From the NCBI GenBank assembly GCA_973895155.1, contig OZ316896.1, positions 5,531,303 through 5,595,302 on the forward strand: a stretch of DNA of 64,000 nt. The letters run 5' to 3'. This document shows positions 23,701-34,442 of the stretch, one piece after another. The notes under the pieces were generated by a model, which saw nothing but the letters and a program-made list of their open reading frames with translations, ran no database searches and was not told where the DNA came from. How positions within the stretch are numbered: position 1 is the first letter of the stretch; each line of letters starts with the position of its first letter. Source of the DNA: Marsupella aquatica (Eukaryota > Plantae > Marchantiophyta). The translations under genes were made by a program, and so were the position numbers.

Positions 23701-25511
23701 AAGGGGTCTTCCCTTCTGAGTCGGCTTAGGCCGACCTCTGGGGCAGCGTCCTGTATCGGTGCCGGTGCCGTTGCCATTGCCAAAACCAGTGCCGGTGCCG
23801 TTCTCTTTTCCTTCTCCAGCAATTTCAGCAGATTTTGCATGCCTGGTTGCTGCATCGGCAAGTCTTCTTTCCTTGGCCGAAACACAAGCTCGATCGTCGG
23901 ACTGTCAGGCTGGTTGGGCTTCTCTGGTGGCGGCCCCTGCTCCGGAACCTCCTCCGGTGCCCTTGCCGATAGGGGAAGTACTGGGGCAAAGATTTGACTT
24001 CTGGCATACCGGCACAACACCGGCATGTGATAGCCAAGCCGGGACACGCTTCCCACGCCGATCACCTGCTGTTCCTCCTTCAAGATTTTCTTTAGTTGGT
24101 TGAGGAGGTACCCGTTGTAATCCCGGCTTGGGTCTGGCCTTTCTGCCAGGTAGACCTGAGCCTTGCCGATCTCTGCCCTTGGCAAGTTACAGTGCATGGT
24201 CACCCGCAAGAAATCGATCATCTCTCCGATGTGCGGGTTGGTGCAGATGTTCCAGAAGAAGCCATTCTTCGTTGATGGTCCTGGGAACGACCGGAACTCC
24301 TTGTCAGGTAAGGTCTTCCTGGTATCAACCTTGGTCTTATTACCCATCGGCAAGCCAAACACCTCGGCAATCACCCGGGGAGTGAGATAGAAATCCTTCC
24401 CATACACCCTCGTGGAATTGGTCTCGGGTTCCCATGATCCCACGAATTCTAATAAGTTTGAGTCCGGCACCTCCGGCTTAAGCCATGGTAATCTTACAAA
24501 GGCTTCCAAGCCGGATCCGGCCATGAAGCCTTGGTACTTCTTGGTCTGCATGGCCGTAAAGCATGCATCCTCCTCCCGTGCAAAGTGTAATTGCACTTCC
24601 TCCGGTAGGGTCGCCGCCCAGCCTTTCCAGGTGTCATCATTTGTTGGAATGGCATTGATGGGATCGACCTCTTCCTCTTCGGCTTCTCCCTTTGTCCTGC
24701 TCTACTGGCTTCCTAGGTGCCGCCGACCTCGTTCTTTTTGCCGGGGTGGCCTCTTCGTCGTTGTTTCCTTTCCTCTTCATCTTGGCTGTCGTGGATGTTT
24801 CTCCTAGCAAGGTTGCCTTCGTCCACCCCTCCGTGTTACCCTTCAACTCCCAGTGTAGGTCGTTGCAACGATTGATGGCTTCCCGGATGCCGACGATTCT
24901 GTTTTCGCAAAACAGAAGGTCGTCGAGCTAATTGGCAGTAGGAGTCCACAAGAACTCGGCCTTGATATGTTCTCCTCCTAAGAAAGCCGTCTTCTGCAGT
25001 TCCCACAGCCGAGCGAGCTCCTGCCGTTCTTGAGCTGCTCTCTCTGATTCTTCGTCCTCGTAAGTCCTGACGTACTCACCTGCCCGTTCAAACAGGCATC
25101 CCCAAAAATGTGCCGCTTGATTGACGTTGCTCATACCCTCCTTGAGTCAATCGTTGGTATCTGTTCCCACCCCGAGTGCTTGCCTAAGCAGCTAACAGTA
25201 TTTGGCCTCCCGTAGTCGTCTGCCCAGTTCGTTCTTGCAAATGAGCCACTATTCCTTGCGAGCGGTCCTTACCCCTCTCCTCCTCTGGTCTTCCCTCCCG
25301 TTGGTCACCCCTAGCCGCCGACGCTTAGTGTGCCCTAACCCTAATCGTGTTCTCTCCCCCGACGTCCTTACTTCCGGCCTCGGCCCGGGTTCCATAGTCA
25401 CCCTTAATTGTTTATATTTTCCTTGTTTTTGTTCCTATACTAAGGTGTTTCCAGGGTACACTCCTGCTTTACCATGTAAACCGGCCTAGTGATTCCTGGC
25501 TAGGCATCACA
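20746..25511 (-). mobile_element. Family C ORF-bearing solo-LTR-like unit C2 (4766 bp)
   Basis: TGTGGTGC...GCATCACA. Perfect TSD GTTTT at 20741-20745 and 25512-25516. Colinear with C1. Confidence 0.95.
21665..25395 (-). pseudogene. Family C LTR-encoded protein, copy C2 (several stops and frameshifts)
   Basis: ATG GAA CCC at 25395. Fragments 24928-25134, 24637-24846, 23565-24596, 22344-23543 and 21665-22360 match C1 in order. Confidence 0.88.
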
Positions 25512-27130
25512 GTTTTGGACATGTGTGGACATGAGTTCCACTTGTATTCCATTCTCTGGTGTTTGTGATGTGGTAGTGTGACTATGTTTGGATGTATGTG
25601 ACAAGCGATGTATGTTGTGTAGCGATGTGTATGCGCACAACAACCTCACTATTAGGTAGATAGTCTGCCTACAACATGACCCAAGTTTTGCCTTGGTTGG
25701 CTTCCTTGTGTTGAATGTTCAGGTAGCGATAAAACAAACCACTGCGCAGACGCACTTCATGCTGGACCTACTGTAACTCTGGGGTCGGGTCATTATAGCT
25801 TGCGAGGAAACAACAAAAATTTTACTTGCATGAGCAAAAAATTTACTCACATGACCCCTAATTTTTCTATATCCAACTGCCTCGCTAACAATAACCTGGT
25901 TGATAATATCCATTTGGGGACTACTCTTTTTGCTAGCCATCTAGCTAGCCATCTGGAGTAAAAAGAAAAACACAAAAATATATGAAAGGCAGCAAAAAGC
26001 AAAATAAATTTATAACCACAAGTGTCTAGCTAACAACACTCGCTAACAAAATTCCTGTGTTTGCTGGTATTATAGAATACCTCTTTGAGGTCAACACTGA
26101 ATAGCTCATTCTCATAGAATAATTCTCAAGCATGACACTGAGGGGTTACAAAAGGCAAATCTGCCGTCGGCAATTTCGGGCGAAACTGCTAGTTGCGCTC
26201 GGATCCAATTAAATGCAGGTATTCTAGATCAGAAATGTTAATTACGGTGAGACCCTCCCATATCTATCCTCTTCTCCTCCATGACGAAACATTTTGCATC
26301 GTCAGCAGAATCGTCATCGGATTCCCGCAGCTCCACGGAACGATTCGTCTGAGCAGGATTTCCATTGATCACAGTGCACCACATGGCATTTCAGGGGAGT
26401 GTTGCATGACTACTAAATTGCGCTGTCCGAAGGCTTTGAGGTGGTGGTGACCTCTCACTAATCGTGTTCTCGCTCAGTGTCGACAACTCTTTCCGAAATT
26501 CTGTGTCTTGAAATTACACTTCAGGATTGGCTGTGAACGGATTGTTTGTAGAAAAATAACTGAGGAACTGCATACGAAAAGCGAAGCTCACCCTTCATAA
26601 TTGCACAGCACAGAAAATCGCAGGCAAGAAGTAGTCGGGCCGGATTGAGCCGGAAAGTGTTGACTTCGATAGCGAAGTAGTACCGTGAGGGAAAGGCGAA
26701 AGGAACCTCCATCGGGGATTGAACACGCAGAGACCTATATTCTGCAATCCACCCATCTGCCTTCGAATGTGGATAGTTTTTCACGAGTCTCACAGGGAGG
26801 ACTAAACTCTGAACTAACCTCCGTGCTTGTCTGTATCTAGTGACTTAACCTTCAAGTCAGAGATCGAAATCTTAGTCATCAAAGTTTGGACAATATGAAC
26901 TGAGTGAATTCTCGTGAAAGTCGGCAGGGGCATTTTGTTTTCGAATTGTGCTCGCTACGTTCGAAGTTTGCATGATTTCGAACGGCTTCTTGCAGGGCAG
27001 TCATATTGTGCGTTTCTGGATTCTTGTGTGTTCTAAAGAGCACATGGATTCAGTGAACTACTGTAGTAACTAGAGAAGTACTGGACGGTAGCTAAAAGTT
27101 TAAGCGATAGATTTTGGAGGGGGTCAGGAG

Positions 27131-30100
27131 ATGGGAGCACACAGGGAAGGTGAATCTGAGGAGAGTGGAACAATTGTTTTCGCGACTGTGGGGAGAGCAC
27201 AGTATGCGTTCGACGTGTATGCGCTGTCTTTGCCGCCAGATTTTCTGCGGGATGGGCACAATGTTGGGAAGCTGAAGGAGGAATGCCTGACGGACGGCAC
27301 GTCGGTGAACTTTAATGGGCATCTAGTAGACGATAGCAGCACGAAGGAGGAGGTTCTGCAATGGATTAAGAAGCGCGATGGGCCTTCCGCTGATAACTTT
27401 GGGCTTTTGAATGCTGCTATCTCTGGTGAGCCGCTTTTCTTTCCTTCTAGCTCTTCCAGCTCCGTCCCGTTTGCACCTGATTTAGAAGTCTAGTGTTATC
27501 TTGGGATCATCAAGTTCATTTGACACTGGACATCAAATGAATTGAAGAGTTTGTCCAAGATGGGCTTGCATTGTCCTCCAATTTTTCCCGTCGTAGAGGA
27601 TGACTACAACTGACAGACAAAAACACATAATTCCAGCTGTTTTGAGGTCTAGGAGCCTCCCTAAAAACGAACCCTCAGACTTTGACAGAAGCCACTTAAT
27701 GTGAGAATCCTTATGGGTCAATTTGGGAGTTCCCCCCCAGGTCGTAACTACAATGAAGTGCTTTCAGCGGATGGCTTTGGGACAGAACTTGAATGTTATT
27801 GAAGGAATTTTGCTAAAACGAGGGGGGAATCATGAAGATGCACAATTTGCTGTTTGAAAGATATTGACATCTGAAAACTATATGGAAGAACAATGAAGAA
27901 GCTACTATTAATAAGTGTTGCATGCACTTATTTGAGTCGTAAGAACTATCGCACTCCGTTCTTGCATTGTTGCTACGACATAGGGAGAACAGAATGGATC
28001 TTGAAGTCCCTCAGAAGCCCGATGGAGACGAATTATCCTTCTTTCAAGCACGATCGTTGGCACACAGAGGGTTATTGAAATCGAATTTGAAAGCCATGAT
28101 TGTTGTAGGCTTGAAACGGATGGAATCGCACTCTGTTCTCGCAAATGATTGATGAATTTCCCCGAATTCACGATGTGATGGGGGCTTAAAGCCCATATCG
28201 AGGTGTTCAATAGCATACAAAACAAGCATCATCGTAGAGACAGGAATGTTCAAGTGAAGAATACTCGAGGTTAGTGACACCCTCCATACTTAAGGAGAAC
28301 GAACAATAATTAAAAATTGAGGAATTGAGGAATCTACGAATCAAGTTCAGAAACTCTGGTAAGGGTCGACTCTACAGTGTGAGAAGCTAACCTGGTGTTC
28401 CCGTTGTGCACCTCGACTTGCTGTGACCAGAGGAAGGCATTGACCTGATGATACATGTAACGGAGAGAGATGGTCGCCTTCGGATTTTCTACAGTCTATG
28501 TCACGGTCAGGAGAAGCACGGTAGCACCCTGGAGGCTCTCTTCTCGAAGTGGGGAGGTATTTCATCAGGCAATAAGCGCAACTTGCAGAAGAGCGGTACT
28601 GTTCTGCTAGCAAGATCGTTGTTCGGGGATACCCCGGGGCCCTATCTCCAAGACCGACCACAAATTGGCGGTGGCAGAATTGTGTTCATGTCAACAGAGC
28701 AAGATCCTGGGAGCCAAAGACAGAGCTGGTCGGCTGTGTACTCCATTTCTTTCCTCGGTGCTTCTTCATCAGTGATTCGCCTTACTCCAAATGGAGTAAG
28801 CGACTTCAGCCCTTCAATTTCTCCGTCAGGGAAATGGGTCATTGCTGCGTCCCTGCAAGGCAAGGGGTGGCAAGGAGAAGTGCACATGCTGGAAACAGAT
28901 CTCTATTTGTTCGATGCCTCTGATGGATCCCAACGCAGGCTCGTGATGAAAAATGCAGGCTGGCCTTCCTGGGCTGATGAGTCCACCGTCTACTTCCATC
29001 GCGTGGCGGAGGACGGTTGGTGGAGCGTGTTCAGACTTTCCTTGTCCGAGAGTTTCTTGACAAGCGGAGAAGGTGAAATTCCGCAAGAATGCAGGGTGAC
29101 TCCTGCAGGGGTGCACGTTTTCACTCCATCGGCTTCACGAACGGGAAACTGGATTGCTGTGGCGACTCGTAGGCCGGGCTCAGATATTCGCCATGTGGAA
29201 GTCTTCGACCTGCTCTCGCGCACCTTCATCAAACTAACCGAAAACATTACCCCCAATGCGAATCACTACAACCCCTTCGTCTCGCCTTCCTCGGGCAAGA
29301 TCTTGTACCATCATTGCAGAGGTTACAATCCCATCCTTGGTAAGTACTGTGCAGCTCGTCACCCTCTTTCTCATTAGCTCTATAACCAAAGTATGCTAGA
29401 TCATGATCTGTGGCTCGACCTTACAGGTTTATTACATTTCTGGAGGTTAAAGCTAACTTTCTTCAACACAATTATGTGTACTGAAGTATCTTAGCATTAC
29501 CTTCTCCATTACAGCAACCCTGTGCAAGTAAGAACTGAAGAGTTTGCGTTTCTGTGTGCAGTGGTTTGGTCATTGTTTACATACAGTTATAGGAAACACT
29601 TCTTTTGCGTCTAAATGGAACCAATTCGCTTGATTACAAGTAATTTTTCAGGATTGCAATCTAGTTCTGAATGTTAATGATACTACACATTCTATCAGAT
29701 ATCCGATGACATCTATTGTATATCCTTCGTTCCTTCTCCGAAACAGTATAAGTACCCTAGGAGTTACTACTAGCTGATCTATTGCTTAGAATCGAAGTTG
29801 CAAAAATCGGGATTAGCTAAGGGCGGTCTTTCTAGAGTTCTTGGGATTCAAGCGAGTGAACCGCCAGAAAATTTTCTCCGGATTGGGTGAATTGATTGTT
29901 ATTTTACCGGCAGAGCCTCCAGTACTGCTGAACTGTTTAAACTTTTGTTACGAAATCTGGGATGTTGTGTCCTTTACAAAATGCTACTGTGCAGCAGTTT
30001 GTTCCAAAGATTGACAAAAGGTCGTTCTTGCGAGACTAGTGATTGACATTCGACAGTTTCCTAACAAAATGATGCAGGAGACGCGTCGATTGTTCCCCGC

Positions 30101-31114
30101 TTGGAGCCCTTACACTCACCTATTCCTGGCGTGGCGTTGCTGCGGGTTGATGGAACCTTCCCTTCAGTCTCACATGACGGATCTCTTCTGGTGTACGTCC
30201 CCAGTCTTTTCAAGGAAGTATCAGTCACGAAATGGAATGGGCAGGGCAAGCGGAAGATATTCTCGGGGCAAGCTTTTGGTACCGCTTGGGACTGGAAGAG
30301 AAAAGGCGTAGTCTACATCGCATCAGGTACGCCATTTTCTCCAGAGCTTAGCACAGTCCACATCGTCGCAATTTTTGATGCAGACGCAGCACCCTTGACG
30401 AGCAATGAAGAACAGACAACGTCCCTCGAAGAACCCCCGTACAAAATCCTTACAAAGGATGGGACAGGCAACAACGCGTTCCCTTCGCCATCTCCAGACG
30501 GGAGGGAACTGGTGTTCAGGTCGGGCCGAAATGGTCACAAGAACTTGTACATTATGGATGCGATCGACGGGGAAGAGGGTGGGATTCGGCAGCTCACAGA
30601 AGGGCCATGGACCGACACGATGCCCAACTGGTCCCCCACAGGTGAATGGATTGCTTTCTCCTCGAATCGAGACTATCCTGATGGACAACATTTCACCGGC
30701 TACCTCATCCACCCTGACGGATCAGGGCTGCGCAAAATTTTGGACGATGGTGGGCGGTTCAATCACTTGGAGTTCAGTCCCGATTGCCAAAGCCTGGTGT
30801 TCACCTCTGACTTTGCGGCCGTCAGTGCAGAACCCATTTCCTGCCCAAACCAGTTCCAGCCCTATGGAGAGATTTACGTTTCCAAAATCGATGGCACCGC
30901 TATCAGGAGGTTGACACACAACCCCTACGAGGATGGCACGCCCTGCTGGGGTCCCAAATTCGTCACTTCGGATGACCTCTCCCGTGAACGAGGTGATCCA
31001 GTTTCGTGCAGTTTTGATGATCAAAACTGGCTTGCGAAAGAAGGAGATCAAGTGAAAGTGGATGGAACCGACCAGCGGGCCCAGATTGCATGGTGTTGTG
31101 TCCCCAATCGTTGA
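27131..31114 (+). CDS. Plant TolB-like / DPP6 N-terminal-like PD40 beta-propeller protein, 746 aa; exons 27131-27425, 28431-29339, 30078-31114
   Basis: N-terminal GTIVFATVGRAQYAFDVY...LTDGTSVNFNG; PD40 repeats (DFSPSISPSGKW, NNAFPSPSPDG..VFRSGRNGHKNLYI, WTDTMPNWSP.GEWIAFSSNR, RRLTHNPYEDGTP.W). Both introns are GT..AG and phase 1, giving one 2241-nt open frame. Confidence 0.92.
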
Positions 31115-31461
31115 ATCCTTTGAGAGTGCAAAAGCGGAGGATCTCCATCATTCTTCTGTCGAGAAATGCTGATGGTGAGTGTACAGAGGCTACTTAGAAA
31201 CGCAAAGGGTGATTGTGAAAAGGCTATTAAGCAATGCTGAGCATCAAAACTGGCTGCGAAAGAAGGAGATGCAGTGAAAGTGGATGGGACCGACCAGCGG
31301 GCCCAGATTGCATGGTGTTGTGTCCCCAATCGTTGAATCGTTTGAGAATGCAAACCCGGAGAACTCCATCATTCTTCTGTCGAGAAATGCTGATGGTAAG
31401 TGTACAGAGAATATTTAGAAACGCAAGGGGTCATTGTGAAAATGCTATTTCGCAATGCTGA
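31020..31461 (+). repeat. 223-bp tandem duplication of the gene's last codons, stop and proximal 3' UTR
   Basis: atcaaaactggct.gcgaaagaaggagat...tgtgtccccaatcgttgaatc...gcaatgctga begins at 31020 and 31243. Confidence 0.9.
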
Positions 31462-31613
31462 ACTTGAAATGTGATAAGGCTACTTTGATCATGGCATAGT
31501 CCTTCGTGGATGTAAGGTGTGGCACGAGTTTGTTTTTCAACTAAGTGAATCATGATTATGAGTGTATTTCGTGTCTCCATGTTTTTTTTAAAAATTATCT
31601 TTTTTAGGAGAAT

Positions 31614-31841
31614 TCCACTCATCAAATGCAACTGATATTTTTGCCTAGTTCTCTTCGTTCAGGTTTCTAAAAACCAGGTAGAAATGGGTACAAGATATCC
31701 ATACGCCAAGTCAAAAAGTTCCTAACCTCCACTCATCAAATGCAACTGATATTTTTGCCTAGTTCTCTTCGTTCAGGTTTCTAAAAACCAGGTAGAAATG
31801 GGTACAAGATATCCATACGCCAAGTCAAAAAGTTCCTAACC
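31614..31841. repeat. Perfect-looking 114-bp tandem duplication
   Basis: tccactcatcaaatgcaactg...aaaagttcctaacc begins at 31614 and 31728. Confidence 0.92.
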
Positions 31842-32330
31842 ATTCTCATTCCTTCTTACTATTATTTACTTAGCATACACTTCCTTTTTTAATTTTAAAG
31901 CTTAATAGTATCTTAATACATAGCTCAATACTCAAAGATTTATTATCTTTTCAATTTTTAATAATGCATATGGAATGCTCTTACTTTTCTAACCCAATTT
32001 TCATCTTAGTTTCTCTAGTCAATAATCAACTTTCATTATAAGACCTTACTTAGCACTAATCCTATTACAACTTTAAAACTCATATGCTCGTTTGTTTTTC
32101 TTTTGTTTTAACACATTAATGTCCATCCTTAACAAGATTCTTATACCTTTGTACTTTCACATAAAAAATAATAATAATTAAAAAATAATCACATGTTGTT
32201 GCCTCAGCAACTGTGGTACCAGAGCAGTGGATATTGTACAATCATTTCCATAGTGTGCATTCACATGTACATTTGTTCTCGGGGTCTCACTGCATAGAGC
32301 CCCCTCATCATCTGCAAAGTTTTTAAGCCT

Positions 32331-32600
32331 TGCACCCCCTAAAATATAAGAAAATATATTATTTTTTAACCCTATAAAGTTAGAATGTTTTTGTAATATT
32401 CCAAAAAATTGATTAAAGGATCCCTATTGTTCTTACAAGACTCAAAATTGGATTTTTTCACAAAATTTCTGAGTGCACCCCCTAAAATATAAGAAAATAA
32501 TTATTTTTTAACCCTACAAAGTTAGAATATTTTGTAATATTCCAAAAAATTGATTAAAGAATCCTATTGTTCTTACAAGACTCAAAATTGGATTTAAAAA
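32331..32600. repeat. ~143-bp AT-rich tandem duplication
   Basis: tgcaccccctaaaatataagaaaata...gttcttacaagactcaaaattggattt occurs twice. Confidence 0.85.
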
Positions 32601-34442
32601 ACACTAAAGTTTTTCCACAAAAATTTTAGAGTCTTTCTTTAAGACCAATAAAACTATCATATTTTTTATTGCATGTGATGTGCAAATTCTATGGAAGTGA
32701 AACCTCCAAATATTTGTTTCATGGTATGAAGAGTACATCATGGCAAAGTTTCACCAAGAAACGGATATATCCTTTTCATCACAGGAATGAGTTTCATAGT
32801 GAAAAGTCATTTTATCTTACCAATTCTTGACTCCATGATTTTGAGCATCCACTTCATGTTCATCCAGGCAGGCTAATTAATGACACTATTAGTCTTCTAG
32901 TTTTAATGTATCTTTGCAAGTGCGTGATCATTATTACTGAGTCATAATGAAAACTCAACTAATATTGGCAGAGACATCACTACACATGAAAAGAGATATC
33001 AAATTAAAACAAAAGAGAGAGAACACTCTAGAGTAAGGCACTATGGAGGAGGTTTCCATTGAGGTATTGGTAATCATGACATTATATTGACAAGTTTGTG
33101 GGTGCTCTTATCACTCAAGGAAAAAAATTATGTAGTAGCATCATCAGAATAAATCAAAAAAGTAGATCCATGTTGTTTGGCTTGAGCAACAATAATGACA
33201 CTAAAGTCCAGAGCATGCAAAATTCTTTTTATAAATTAACTAATTTTTTATTCTTTATAATGGCTTTTTGCTAAGTCACGATTCTAAAGCCAAACTCGGG
33301 GGGTCAACTATTAGAAATTGTAAGAACCACATGCAATCTAAAATAGGCATGTTTGATAGAAAATGTACTAAAATTTCAAAACATATAGGAGGCAAAAGAA
33401 GATCTTATGAACTCATATTTATAGACTAGTTTCTAGTATATACTTTATTCATGTGATACCCCAAAACATACACTAATTAACCCTCCTATGAGTCAAACTA
33501 GCAAACAGTTAAGTACTTTTATAAGTAAAAAATTCACAAGTTTAGGATTTTTCAATATTGTTTGAAAATAGAAAAAAAATGCAATTTTTGAAGTTGGAAA
33601 CTAATTTAAAAAAATTATATTACATCCAACTGAAATTTTGTAACTATACTAAAAATGATTTGTGCCAATTTTGAATTTTGACTATTGTCTATTTTTAATA
33701 TTTGTAGCTTAAATGTGTGAGAGACTATTTTAGTCTCTAGATTAGTACCATGCTAGATATATTAGTGTCACACATAGTTGCTATTTATCGTCAACTATTA
33801 TATATATAAAATAATAAATAGTCCATGAGACTAAATATTATACAAATATTGTAAATATTATAAAGATTGTTTAACTCTTCAGAGTTTGAATGAAGGCTCT
33901 TTCAAACCTTCTGCCACCAAGTGTTTCTGGTTGGAAAGAATGTAAGTAGGAAAAGGAAGAGGAGGAAGTAACAAATCTATATGCCAATAAAGAAAAACAT
34001 GAAAGACTTAAACAGGAGAAGAATATCCAGAAGAATGAGATGATTCTACCTTACAATGGGTACTGATTGAAACCAGACCAGATGTTTTTCAAACAAATGT
34101 GTTTTTAATGAACCACCTCTCCATTCTCATCAGCACAACACATTATAGAGTGTCAGAATTAAAAAAAACAATGGGTCATTGCTAGGATAATGGGGAAAAA
34201 TTACTCATGCCACCCAAGGAAGACAAGGAGGAACACAGAGAAGACAAAGACTTAGGAAGAGTTCTCAATATTCTTGAGGATATTAAACATGATGTCTCCA
34301 TTGTGAAAGTGGACATGGTCACTATGACAGTGGACATGGCCACTTTCAAGATAGATATTGACAAAATGAAAGTGGACGCTGTCCGTATGCAGATGGACTT
34401 GACAAATGTGAAAGAGGCTCAATTCATCTTTTTGGGGGTATC

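Noticed and set aside
15901-25511. C1 and C2 as the two LTRs of one element, or as a tandem duplication
   Set aside because: Each has its own distinct TSD, the 175-bp spacer has no PBS or PPT, and the copies are clearly diverged.
15247-25676. Host sequence of C1/C2 as a ~1-kb solo LTR
   Set aside because: Looks LTR-like and ends CAACA, but no matching left end or TSD could be fixed.
25730-26070. CACTA subterminal remnant (repeated cgctaac/gctagc motifs)
   Set aside because: No CACTA terminus, TSD or transposase; too degraded to call.
27131-31114. Bacterial tolB contamination or recent horizontal transfer
   Set aside because: It has two in-phase GT-AG introns and the plant-type N-terminus; the family is widespread in land plants.
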